Shown here one piece after another: positions 1-13,122 of a DNA stretch of 64,000 nt. Numbering within the stretch: the stretch's first letter is position 1; every line of letters starts with the position of its first letter. A model generated the notes under the pieces. It had not been told where the DNA came from. It did no database searches and saw only the letters and a program-made list of their open reading frames with translations. This DNA is from the human T2T-CHM13v2.0 reference genome, Homo sapiens, in the NCBI RefSeq assembly GCF_009914755.1, contig NC_060925.1; one strand, written 5' to 3'. A program made the translations under genes and the position numbers.

Positions 1-467
1 AGAGAGTTCAAAACACAGTTTTCATCATCTTCTCAGTGTCAAAGTGCGACGATACTCAAGAGTATTGCCAACCAGGGAAAGCTCACTGAGCTTCAGTGTT
101 AAGAGTTTTGTTTTTGTTTTTTTTAAATCGGACTCTAACTCTGTAGACACAATTGATTGAATCATTGTCCACTGACTCAGTCTCCAGTTAGCTCTCGCTT
201 CCACTGGGGTTAGGGTGATATAAAAATATAAAGTTGATCTTTCCAGTATGGCCAAATCCAACCTAGTCAACTCCTCAGCATAAACTATCTAGGAGCTAAC
301 CATCAGTCACCTAATCAGCATAACTCTCTATCAAGTGGGTTCTAACAGGCCCACCATAACAAAGACACTCCAATTACTTGGAAAATTCAAAGGGTTTAGA
401 GGTTACCTCCTGGAGCCAAGACAAAGGCCAGACTTCTCTTTTGGTAAAGTTAGTTCTTCACCACACA
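1..467 (-). mobile_element. MER21-family LTR (partial, runs off window start)
   Basis: Reverse complement of 467..380 (TGTGTGGTGAAGAACTAACTTTACCAAAAGAGAAGTCTGGCCTTTGTC...AGGAGGTAACCTCTAAACCC) resembles the recalled MER21C 5' end. Confidence 0.6.
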
Positions 468-654
468 AGTACTAATATTGCCACCCTAGCTTTCTTTTCA
501 TTATGAATGACCCACAAAGTATAAAATAAATGGTAAAAAAATCCAAATATTTCTGTAATCACAGTAAATATAAATATACGAAACTCATTATTAAAATTTG
601 TCTTATTGGAATAAAATAATTCTTGTTATTTACAAGAGCCAAACATAAATGATA

Positions 655-895
655 TGGACACGTCATCAAATAAGTGCAAATTAAAACCACAATGAAACAC
701 CACTATGCACTCACCAGTAGAGGCAAACTTTAAAAAACTAATAATACAAAATAATCATAATCTTCATCTAAGCTGTGGTAACATGGGAATATAAATTCAT
801 CTGTAACATGTATATAAGTAGAAATTATCAAGCCATACATTTAAGATATATGCATTTCTATGTATGTTATATCTCAATAAAATAATTTTGAAAAC
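655..895 (+). mobile_element. Old L1M (L1ME-like) 3' fragments
   Basis: GTGCAAATTAAAACCACAATGAAACACCAC and a terminal TATGTTATATCTCAATAAAA motif typical of mammalian L1 3' ends. Confidence 0.5.
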
Positions 896-1462
896 ATGAA
901 TAAAAAAAGACATTCGCTTTCAGGACAGCCTCATATTCTAGTTTCACTCTTCAAAATCTGCTTGCAGCTGGTTTCAATTCACTGATAGAAGTAATACTGC
1001 CTACTAGACAGGGTATTGGAGAATGTGGAGAAATAGGGAATGAGCCCAGAACAGAGGAAGGATATTGATATTATTACCCAAAGTTAATATAGTTGAACAG
1101 AGACATCTCAGTGCTTAGGTTGAAAAAGAGGGATAAGAAAAAGAATAAGGCATAAAAGAAGGAGATAGGTTGAATACAGGAGTACTGGCTAGAAAGTTAG
1201 GAGGGCTATGGAATCAATGTTCTGCTTCAGAATCATGGGCCTAGCTAGATAACTAGTATAGTTTTTATTCCCACAAGTCAGTGAAGTAATGTGAGAAAGT
1301 CACACCGAACTGACAGATACACCATTGAACATTTGGCTGCATCTCACATGGTAGTATGGTCCAGTTATAGGGAAATAGTTGACTGGCATATCAACATGTC
1401 CTCCTTCTCCTGAATCTAGCAAATTCTCTCATGTGTCCAGTTGAAGTCTTCCTTTCTCCAGT

Positions 1463-1883
1463 TGTATTAGGTTTCTAGGGCTGCCATAGCAAAATACCAC
1501 AAAGTCACTTAAACAACAGAAATGCTTTGTATCACAGTTGTGGAGGTCAGAAATTGAAAATCAGGTGTCAGCAGGGCCATGCTCTCTCTGACAGCACTGG
1601 GGAAAATCTGATTGAGACCTCTCTCCTAGTTTCTGGTAGTTTCCTGGCTTGGGGCAACATAATTCCAATATTCACATGGCATTTTTCCTGTGCGCATTTG
1701 TTTCAGTGTCCACATTTTTCCTTTCTATATGGACACAGACATAATGGACCAGAGTCTACCCTAATAACCTAGTCTTAAGTTGATAATCATCAAACACCCT
1801 TTTTCCAAATAAGGTCACACTTAACAGGTATTGGGAGTAAAGATTTCAGCATCTTTTTTGGGGATACAATTCAACACATAACA
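1463..1883 (-). mobile_element. MLT1 (MLT1C/D-like) MaLR LTR
   Basis: TGTATTAG...GGGCTGCCATAGCAAAATACCACAAA start and GGGATACAATTCAACACATAACA end, typical of a reverse-oriented MLT1. Confidence 0.75.
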
Positions 1884-1979
1884 CTAGTCCTCTGTCTTAA
1901 TACTGACACTGCAATGTCCTTGAAATTTTACCTTAATTAAGTGGCCAAGACCAAGTCTTCCTTCCTAGAATCTCCTTTG

Positions 1980-2367
1980 TGTCATGCATGTCCGAGTGAA
2001 GAGACCACCAACCAGGCTTTGTGTGAGCAATAAAGCTTTTTAATCACCAGGGTGCAGGCAGGCTGAGTCCAAAAAGAGAGTCAATGAAGGGAGATAGCGG
2101 TGGGGCCGTTTTATAGGATTTGGGTAGGTAGTGAAAAATTAGTCAAAGGGGGTTGTTCTCTGGCGGGCAGGGGCGGGGGTCACAAGGTGCTCAGTGGGGG
2201 AGCTTCTGAGCCAGGAGAAGGAATTTCACAAGGTAATGCCATCAGTTAAGGCAGGAACCAGCCATTTTCACTTCTTTTGTGATTCTTCAGTTGCTTCAGG
2301 CCATCTGGATGTATAAGTGCAGGTCACAGGGGATATGATGGCTTAGCTTGGGCTCAGAAGCCTGACA
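1980..2367 (-). mobile_element. LTR7-family (HERV-H) solo LTR
   Basis: Minus strand begins TGTCAGGCTTCTGAGCCCAAGCTAAGCCATCATATCCCCTGTGACCTGCAC and ends CTCTTCACTCGGACATGCATGACA; TG...CA termini; perfect 5-bp TSD CTTTG at 1975-1979 and 2368-2372. Confidence 0.92.
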
Positions 2368-2669
2368 CTTTGTGCTATCTTTTGTGGACAGATTGAGATT
2401 GCATCATTCATATCCACAAATACATGACCTGTCCATTCTCCTCTTCAAGTACCTAGCAGTTGTTTCAGCAATTACTCATAAAATTCCTATCAAATTATCA
2501 CTTTGTAATATCAAAGATCTTAAGGAATCTAGATCTCCAGGCATTCTGTCATAGTGCAGATATAAGCAAAACCACTGGTTAATGCACATTACACAAATGG
2601 AGGTGGAGAGGGAGAAAGAGAAATGCTAACATCCCTTGAACTGTTGACCTCCTTTATCCCCAGTTCCAT

Positions 2670-3300
2670 TACGTAAATTCAAGCCTTACCATCTTCTGCC
2701 TGGATTATTTTAATAACCTCCTAATGGGCTTCCTATCTCCAATCTTGTCCACCTCTAATCCATTCTCCACATTAGACCCAGAATGATCTTTTTAAGTCAC
2801 CCACTCCCCTCCTTAAAATCCTATCTTAGCTCAAAACTGCTCTCAGGATAACGTACCAAATTCTTATAATGCTTTTTCAGGCGCTTATTTAAATGAAGTT
2901 CAATTCTTTAAATTCACCTTACACTCTCTGTCTCTTAGGAAATTGCTCTTGCTTTTGTTTCTGCCTGGAACTCTCTTTCACCACTGTCACTCATTGCAAG
3001 CAGCTAACTCATTTGAGCCTTTCATCTTTGCATAAATCTTTCCTGCATCTCCAAAGGATAGATTAGGTGTTACCTTCCACTACCATTAAGTACTGCCACT
3101 AAGCACTCAGTACCAGTACTTAAATCTTATTACAGCTTTTATCACTGTCTATTGTGATAATTACCTGAGCACCTCTCCGTTTCCCCAACTATTGCCTAAA
3201 TTCCTTCAAGGCCAGCATCTTATGTTATCTTGTTCATCCTTCTCTTCTTAACACCCAGCAGTGCCCCCTCCACATAGTAAGTACTCAGTAAAGCTGTCTA
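2670..3300 (+). mobile_element. L2 3' region fragments
   Basis: CTGGATTATTTTAATAACCTCCTAATGGG...ATTCTCCAC...AGAATGATCTTTTTAA and terminal CACATAGTAAGTACTCAGTAAA motifs. Confidence 0.6.
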
Positions 3301-4611
3301 ATGTATCTAATTTTACTGATTTATTTTAATTTTACCAATTTAATAAAATAGTAAAATAATCAGATTATTCAGGAAAAAATATATTTTTTGCTGCCAATAT
3401 TTCTTTCTGTGAATAAAAGTGCCCCCAAACTCATTTTTAGATGATCAGTTTCACTAATTTTAATACAATGGAATATTGCTCTAAAGCTGTCAGATACAAA
3501 GAAGTAATATTTTATGTAGAATAATCTCATATTTGATTTCATCCAAATAGGGTTAGTTGCTAATGTCCCCAGAGCACTTCATTATAAGTTGGCCAGATTT
3601 AAAAGGCTTAGACACCAAAAATGCATATCTAAAACAGATGTCTCTCTCAGAGAGTAAGCTTTTCCAGCACAATAAATTCTACTGTGCTTTGCTTCAGAAC
3701 ACAGAAGTGCATGACATGCAAGAAAAATGTGTGAAATACAACAGGTATTTTGAGATTTTTTTAAAAAAAAAATGGTATAGAAGTGAGTCTTTGAACAAAA
3801 GCTGTTTTGTTTTGTAAACCAACTTGTGTTCACAAACACAACTATCCTCCACTCACTGGATAGAAAAGTGTTTTTTTTGTTTGTTTGTTTTGTTTTTTTC
3901 TTGGGAGAAATAAATACAGTATTTTATAGGATCTTTTCTCCCTGCCTTTCACAACTGGAATATGAAACTATGTAGCCCTTTAGAACACTTTTATGTCACC
4001 TTTCAAAAATGAAAACAAAACAAAAAGCACATTTTTTTATTTTTGTAAAATAAAGAAACATAAATTTGATTATTTGGTGTATTTCTGCAAACAAAGTACA
4101 CAATCTGAAGGCTTCAGAGAAATAAAACATTGTTACAAGCTAATAGTTTCTTACTTGTAGCTATGTGCCAGGACACCTATCAAAAACATGTCCAGTCAAG
4201 AGGTTGACACTGTTTCAAAGTGAGGCCGTTAATCTGCTGACAGCACTCCATTAAACTAACTCTGCAAATAATTTTGTTGGAGGAGTGAACTATTGGAGAG
4301 AGACTGGGACCCCTGTTTACTGTCATTATTGACTAATTACAGCATGATTGCTTAGGGACAAGCCAATTGTTTGCATCATGTAGAAAGATAACGAAGATAA
4401 AGACACTCCACTTTGGAGGAACGCAGCTCCAAGGGGATACATTTCTCTTTCTCACTCTCCTCAGTAAATGAGAAAAAATCCTGTTCTACCATGTGGATGG
4501 AGGGAAGATTTCATTTAAGGTAACATAATTAATAGAACACATTTTTATTCTATAAATAAGCTGTATGTACATTTTGGTAGCATTCTGAGTAATGTATTAT
4601 TTACTATTTCC

Positions 4612-4914
4612 TTTTTTATTTTTATTTTCTTTTTGAGAGAGAGTCTTGCTGTCTCCCAGGCTGGAGTGCAGTGGAGGGATCTGGGCTCGCTGCAAGCTCT
4701 GCCTCCTCGGTTCACACCATTCTCCTGCCTCAGCCTCCGGAGCAGCTGGGACTACAGGCGCCCGTCACCACGCCCGGCTAATTTTTTGTATTTTTTAGTA
4801 GAGACGGGGTTTCACCGTGTTAGCCAGGAAGGTCTTGATCTCCTGACCTCGCGATCCGCCCACCTCGGCTTTCCAAAGTGCTGCAATTACAGGCGTGAGC
4901 CACCGCGCCCGGCC
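4612..4914 (-). mobile_element. Alu (AluY-like)
   Basis: Full reverse dimer with many intact CpGs; GCAAGCTC, CACCATTCTCC and TTAGCCAGGA diagnostics; TSD T[A/G]CTATTTCC at 4602-4611 and 4915-4924. Confidence 0.92.
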
Positions 4915-6784
4915 TGCTATTTCCACTTTATACACTACTATAGTAAAATATTGGCCTACCAGAAAATAGAGTTTTTTACATTTTGGTTTCCAACTGTGAT
5001 ATAGGACAGTAACAGCCAGAAAAATATTGATCTAATGAAATAAATCAAATATCTCTTGTGGTTGCATTTACCAGCTGTTTTATTTAAACTAAGTTTGTCA
5101 TTAGAAAATTTCATGAGATTTGTTTGGAATTGTTCTCCCAAATGTATACTCACTTCTTGATGATCTAAGAGAGCAGAGCGTAGGAAATAGCAAAGATTAC
5201 TAAATCTACAAATCCCTTCCTTGTCTAAACTTCTTCTAACAAGTTTAACAGAACAACTTCATCTCAAGTCGATATGTTAATGAGCAGGAAACCGGAGAGT
5301 GAGTAGCAAAACAGAAAAGAAACAGAAACAAGGGCTCTGGAAAATTTGTTAGCTGCTTTATTGACTCTAAAATACACCTTTATGAGGCAGCAGGGAAGTG
5401 GAGGAGGATTATTTCATTGAATAAAATGCAGGCCAAAGTTTGTTATTTTTGGATGTAAGCCAAACATATCTACAAAGGTCTTATATATTATGAGATATAT
5501 TCTCTAATATGTTATGAGATATGAGAGAATAAACGAGTAGATCTTATGGTGTAGTAGAGTAAAAATTTAGTCTCTGTAACTGTGAAACAAGGAAGTAATT
5601 GGTTAAGCATTCTTAGCCATTTATAAAATATCCCCTAAGTGCCTTACAAGTTCTATGTTAGCTGTAGGAATAGTGATCATTAAGACAGGTACAGATATTT
5701 CTTTCAAGAATTTATTTAAACAGTTATTAAGTGAATTATTATAATTAATTAATTATTTGTTAACATTATGAAAAACCTATGAGGAAATAAAGGGTGTTAT
5801 GAAATAACAAAACAAGGAACTGACTGAGTCTGAGAGGGAAATATCCTCCAGGGAAGTGCAATCTGAAGATCATCAGGTGGTAATTCAATTAAAAAACCTT
5901 ATTGAGCCTTTACTGTATATATACCACATATATACAGCAAACTATACCACACTGCACATATTTTCGCATGTGTATAGAACTACATTTTTTGATAATAAGA
6001 TGTGGTTATACAATGAAGGAATGTTAAGTCATTCACAAATAACTATAATAGGAAGCAGAATGTATTGCCACCAAAACTTGTCTTAATAAGTTTTTGGAAT
6101 ATCAGAGAAGAAAAAATTGCTACTGCTTCATTTTCTTGATAAGATTAGTTAAATTAAATAGAAAGAAGACACCGATCAGATTATTTGAGAAACAATGGCA
6201 AAAGACACACTTCTCAATGGCTTCCAAAGACCTGGCAGGGGTGACAAAGGCTGAATGAACAGCTTGCATGCTGGACATGATAATACCAGAGAGAGACAGC
6301 GTCCTCATGACACATCTTTAAGTATCAAATCCTAAAATAAAATGAAAACAATGGTCTTAAGGATTCTCTGGAGCTGGACTTTTTAGTAAGCCATACATAG
6401 TTATTGGGTTGTTAATTTGGGAATGTGAAGCTCAAGTTCCACTGGTTCCAAAAGCTTCCATTTTATTTCTCTTATTATTTTTTGTTGATAGGGTGAATTA
6501 GTAACACCCTTAGGTCAATTTTTCATTTGGGAAAAATGGTAGAAACCTGTCAGGCTTTTTATTAGCCTTTATATCAACAGAAATCCTGCGCTCCATAAAT
6601 CTGACAATATTACATGTAAGAGTAAGTACTTAGATGATGGCTGAACTGGTAATGGGTATCCATGTAAAGCAGTATTTGTAATTTGTCAGACGAATTCAGT
6701 GAACACATTAGTTTGATCGTGTTTTTTTAAAGAAAAATTTGAGAGAATTCCTGGATGAAGAAGATCACCACCCTAATCATGAAA

Positions 6785-7060
6785 ATAACCACCATTTACT
6801 AAGTGCTAACTATGAGGCACACCGTGATTAAAACCTGTAGTAAACATGACCTACTTTAACTCCCTCAATAAATCCATGAGGAATGCAATAGTCACCTTAC
6901 ACATGAGGAGCTTCTTCACTTATTGTCATTCAAAAAAACATATTTTATACCAGACATATTTTCCATACTCTGAGTATGCAGCCTAGAAAGTTTATTGAAA
7001 AGTGCTGGGAGCTACACTCAACAAGTAGTGGACTAGGAGTTGAACCCATAATTGCATCTA
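6785..7060 (-). mobile_element. MIR (degenerate)
   Basis: CCATTTACTAAGTGCTAACTATG...CCATGAGG...AGTAGTGGACTAGGAGTTGAACCC resembles the MIR core. Confidence 0.5.
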
Positions 7061-8086
7061 CCATGTTATTTTCTTCAGCAGTTAATGGCAGTCAATCTTC
7101 AAATCTTAATTGAAATTTTGTTTGTAATCAATGAGTTGCAAACTTCATAGATCAAGGGAGAAAATAGATCTATTGAGGAGGAATATGTTTGTTGCTTTCC
7201 AAATTACATTTCTTATAACTGCAGAGAGCCTCACCTGCCTCAGTGGGCCCCTCTATCCATCACCTGCTGTGCAGAGCAGATTCCATGAAAGCTTTGATCT
7301 GCATGTGCTGTTTCTTTTAAATTCACACAGGATTTTTAAAGTGACTAAATATTAAAAGTAAAATTAATAAGTATTTTTAAGGTTTTTTAGGCCATGCATC
7401 TGATTCAGTGGACATTTTAAAAATATATGTTTTTATGTTGTATCTCCTCTTTTCTGCTTTGCTGGGAAGTAATCCTATGCCTTCTTTATTTCTGTAGCTC
7501 TGATATAGATGGACCTATCACCTAAATAAGTCAATTAAATCCGTAAGAGCTATTAGTCTACTGGTTCGATGACGATGTGCCAAGATTAAAGTAAATCAAC
7601 TATGGCTGAAGATACTGGAAATGAATGAAGCAGAATCTTTGACATATATCCATCTTTACACACTTGATGAAGGAATAAAAAAATGCAGTGCATTGTAGTA
7701 GTGACTAATCTTAGATTTAGTCACTCTTAGGATTAGTAGCTCCAGATTCCCATCTTTTCCTTTCTCCATTTTTGCACAATTTTCAAACAAATCAATTCCT
7801 TATTCATAAAAAGCTTTTTCCGTATCATTAAAAGTCTTAAACCAGTATATCATGATGTTGTTGGTTTTTCCATTTTAAATATGCCTTCATATTTTATTAG
7901 AAAATTACTTAGAATGCTGAGCAAATGTCTCTGGATATTTGGGCAATTATGCCAAACAGTCAAGACAAATATGACCCCTCTGAATGATCTAGTTTTGTAG
8001 ACAATAGAGAGAAAACAATTGATTGTAAAACAGATCATTATCTGAGTCTTACAGATTTACTTTTAACAATAAGATTGTTGATTTTT

Positions 8087-8461
<375 letters not shown>

Positions 8462-8530
8462 TCATAGATACTTTTACAATTTCCAGTATGACAAGGTCAG
8501 CTGAAATAATGTTCTTGTGATAATTTTTAG

Positions 8531-8963
<433 letters not shown>

Positions 8964-9419
8964 GTGTTTTAGCCATTTTTCATAGTAGGCCAATTCATTT
9001 CAAATACAGAAAATGTTATTCTTTCTCTATTTTTTCTCATTTCCAGCTTGGGAAACTTATTACAGCTGATATGAGACAGAGATTGATACAGTTGGTGCTG
9101 TTAACAACACTCATCAATTATCAACTGTGTACACAGTATCAGATTGCATTAGACACTGTAAAAGGATATAAGAAGAGGGGCATTTGCTTCTGCCTTCAAT
9201 GCACATGCAATCTAATGAGATTTATATAATACACACCCATGGAAACATATGGTACACTAGAGAAACACTTTTTGCATATTTAACAGGCTCAAGGACCAAA
9301 TTAATTATAGAGAAATGTGTTCATTTCTTTGTTCAAAAAACATTCATTAGGATTCCATTGCTAATAATATTAGGCACAATAAATTTCAAAAGGGTCATGA
9401 AAGACCCAAGCAGCTATAA

Positions 9420-9660
9420 CAATAACATGGTAGTTAATTTTACAGAATGCCTAGTGCATGCCAAACCCTGGAGTTTTACATGCAGTCTCACTTATTCCTC
9501 CTGACAACCCTGCATGCAGGGTTGGGCCCTGTTTTCGGCATGAGGTAACTCAGGCTTAGACAAATTAAGTGTTTGGTCAGGGTATATAGCTGATAGTGGT
9601 AGAGTATGGATTAAGAACAAATTATTCCAAGTCCAAAGTCCAAGTTTTTCCCATTTTCCC
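9420..9660 (-). mobile_element. MIR
   Basis: ATCCTC..ACAACCCTG...TGAGGTAACTCAGGCTTAGA..ATTAAGT..GGTCA-type MIR core. Confidence 0.55.
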
Positions 9661-9789
9661 ACACAAGCTCTGGAATTGCTTCACCTGGCTAATCTATTCT
9701 GAATAATTATTTTTTTTTCTGTTATACTGCCTATATTTACCCTCTGACCTCAGCACACTATTATCCTTTTTTTTTGCACCTTTCTCCCT

Positions 9790-10185
9790 GTTTTAGGCTG
9801 TTATCAACTGTGCAACACAAGTATCACCAGTGCCACCACCAGCACCAGTGGCAGAGCACAACTTCCTGAGCGCTGCGAACTACATTTTCCTGGATGCGCT
9901 TTTCCAGGAGTGCTGGTACAGTTGGCCTTTGGGGGAACATTAACACCATTTGGAAGGTGAAAGTGAAACTGAAACTCCGTTGTTCTCCCGCGCGGGGTGC
10001 TCAGGCTTCCTGGAGTGCTTGTGCTCCAGTGTCTCCACCTGTGCTTCAGTCTGCAGTAGTGAGTGATGGTTGCCCAGTCCTCCAGCTGTCTCTCAGGCAT
10101 TTCCCCTTCAACTCCTCACACATTCTTTAAACCCTAAATTTTCTAATAAACAACCTTTATTCCCAAAATACCTTACCAAGCTAAG
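9790..10185 (+). mobile_element. Ancient ERVL-class LTR (LTR16/LTR33-like)
   Basis: GAACTACATTTTCC motif, GC-richer body, 3' TCTAATAAACAACCTTTATTCCCAAAATAC end. Confidence 0.45.
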
Positions 10186-10409
10186 ACTGACACACTCTCT
10201 TCAATCTATAAAGCCCCCCTTTCTCACCTTCATATATGTAATTGCAACCAATTTTTAGAAGGCAATTCAAGGGAAAGAGAACTAGCGTTTACTGAGCAGC
10301 TTCTGTGTCTGACGATGTGTGCTAAGTTGTTTGCATCATACCTGATTTTATATTCAGTAAGTCTTTATATCTAAAGTCACTTCTCACTCTCCTGAGCATC
10401 ATTGCTATT

Positions 10410-11310
10410 TACTGATTCAACAAATGCTTACCAAGTTCTCATTATATATCAAGTACTGCGTTGCTTACTGATGAGAAAATGATAAGAAGGCAGGTCTGTA
10501 CCCTCAAGAACCTTAAAGTCTGTGAAAAGAAAGTCAATGGGAAAATATATTACTATATGATAAAAAATAATGACAGAGATGTAGAGGGCCCTATGCATAC
10601 GTGGGAGGGACACCAGGCTCAAATGGAAGTAGGAAGGTGGAGTGAGACAGAAAAATTTCCAAGTTTGTTATATGGAGGCAGCCTCTTAATTATGAATATA
10701 GGTACGCCAAAACCAGTAGCTTGTGAGTGCAGAATACTCCAGGCTAATGCAGCACCATGTTCAGAGTGGCTGTATGTGACTAGAACAAAAAGTAAATACC
10801 TGGTGGAGATGCGACTGAAGGCAGACGAAGAAAATAAATTTTAAAGGGCTTTCTCTCAGATGCTAAGTTGCTTGGGTTTTTAACTTGAAAGCAATGGGGG
10901 AGGCATTAAGGGTTTATTTTTTAGCTAAGGAGTGTAGGTACAGATTTATATTTTAGACAGATGATGAATCTGAGGTGTGGGGCCAGAAAAGCTGGAAGGA
11001 GAAGGGTTAATGGGCTGCATTGCAGTACATCCAGGTGAAAGATGATGAAGGTCTGAACTCGTGATGGAGAGAAGTACCAAAGAAATTGATTTTAAATATT
11101 TTAACTGGAAATGGGTTATAGATTGTTTAGATAAACAGGATAGTGGAACAGTGGGATCTAGGATGATGCCTTGGTATCTGCCTTGGATGATGGGACCTTA
11201 GAGGAAAGCAGTCCCAGTGGGGTGAAGGAGAAGGTGAGAGTACATTTGGTTATAGCTTAAGGTGCCTACCAACCTTTCAAATGGAGACACCCAGAAGATA
11301 TTTCTCCCTG
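10410..11310 (-). mobile_element. L2 (degenerate)
   Basis: TTCAACAAATGCTTAC start and purine-rich L2 motifs (AATGGGGGAGGCATTAAGGGTTT, CCAGGTGAAAGATGATG). Confidence 0.55.
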
Positions 11311-12809
11311 AGTTGGTTGAGATCTACCACATATTCTCTTTAACTGTAATTTACTATTTTTGTGCATGTTTTTAATCTAATCAAGTTTTTTTTCTTTTTT
11401 AATTCCTTGAAAGAAGAAGGAGAATTGCCTCATAGTCCTTTGCATTCATCACAGGCCAAGCACAATCCATTGCTTATAGTGGTTGCTCAGTAAGGATTTG
11501 TTTCTCAATAAATGCATTGTTTAATTGCAATAGAATGACTCTGATACATACTAAGTTAAGTTGGATACAGTTTACTTGAGAGGGCTTTACAAAGGATTTC
11601 TGTGTGAAGGGTAGAAGGACAGTAGCATGGTGCATTTATGAAAATCTTTCTGCCATTAGTTTTTTAATGTGTACCCTCAATACTCAGTATCTTAGAAACT
11701 ATTACTTACATACATTTTGAGAACAAAGATTATGTCTTATTTTACCCTCATTTTATCCCAAGCTACTTTCATGGCACATAGTAGGTATTCAACAAATATG
11801 TGTGGAATAAATGCATGAACCAGAATCACTAGTTCACAGTTTATGTACCAAATTACACTGTAAAATTCAATATTTAATAATAGCTATATGAAAATAATAG
11901 ATGGAATTTATGTAATTTTTACTGTCCAATAATCACAAAGTATCTTTGTTTGTTATCTTTATGATATATTTGTAGTTGGAGTCTGTCCCTTTATATCTGA
12001 GCAGCTCTGCCTCCATCTGCTAGTGATGCCAGATGGAGGAGAGGCAGGAAGACCAAGAGATTAATGAAGCAACTCATCAAGTTGTTTGAAAGGCAAAAAA
12101 TATATAAGAAAATTAAATCTGTTGAGATGCCCTTTAAAGAGCAATGGTTGCATGTTGTATATGTTTAAAGTTTCTAGAGACAAAAAAGAAAAAAAACCTA
12201 AGAAAATTTCTGGGAGATAAAATTGTTAATGACTTGTAAGACATCCATGCCAGAAAAACACAGGGTATCATCTTCTCCTTAGTGTCTGTGTTAACACCCT
12301 GGTGGCAAAGGAAATTAACTCTTTCTGACCACAAGGGTGAAATTAACTGCACTGGGGAGTACAAAGTCCATTAGTGGAAATGGTTCCCCATGGCTCTTAT
12401 GTGGTGATAGGCTCACAGACCATGAAATAAGGGTGCAAGCTAGTCTTTCCAAAAGAAAGCCAGTACTTAAGAACAAAGATATTGCCTGTAATTTATAGGA
12501 GGAAAAGAAAGGCAAAATCAGGTGAACTCTGCTGGACTTGCAATTCTTTGGAAAGCAGTAGTGAAAATGGAGGGGAAAAAACTCATGCACGACAGTTTAG
12601 GACAGTGCCAGATGTCAGCTAGTGAGAGATAAAAGATGAAAAGTTCCTCAAACAGTGTTGTAATGCAATAAGCTACATTATACAACTCACCATTATGAAG
12701 TGTATTCTAGTAGAAATAAATTCATTTTAAATGTTGATAACATACATTTGCATGACAAAGAAATAGTGTTGATAACATTACAAATGAAAAAATACACAAT
12801 GAGAAAAAT

Positions 12810-13122
12810 GTTATTTATTTATTTATTTTAACTTTTATTTTAAGTTCAGGGGTACATGTGCAAGTTTATTACATAGGTAAACTCATGTCATGGGGGTTTG
12901 TTGTACAGATTATTTCATCACTCAGGTATTACGCCTAGGACCCATTAGTCATTTTTCCTGATCCTCTCCCTACTTCCACCCTTCACCCTCCAATAGGTTC
13001 CAGTGACTGTAGTTCCCTTCCTTGTGTCCATGAGTTCTCATCTTTTAGCTTCCACTTATTAGTGAGAACATGCAGTATTTGGTTTTCTGTTCCTACATTA
13101 GTTTGCTAAGAATAATGGCTTT
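12810..13122 (-). mobile_element. L1PA13-16-like 3' end fragment
   Basis: TTTTATTTTAAGTTCAGGGGTACATGTGCA...GTGAGAACATGCAGTATTTGGTTTTCTGTTCC is a reverse L1 3' UTR. Confidence 0.85.

Noticed and set aside
4633-5004. 123-aa ORF (and similar ORFs at 8620, 21665, 36954, 49502, 55518)
   Set aside because: Typical translations of Alu sequence.
6585-6700. CCATAAATC/TGACA HOX-PBX-like motifs
   Set aside because: Too few short motifs in AT-rich DNA to call without conservation data.
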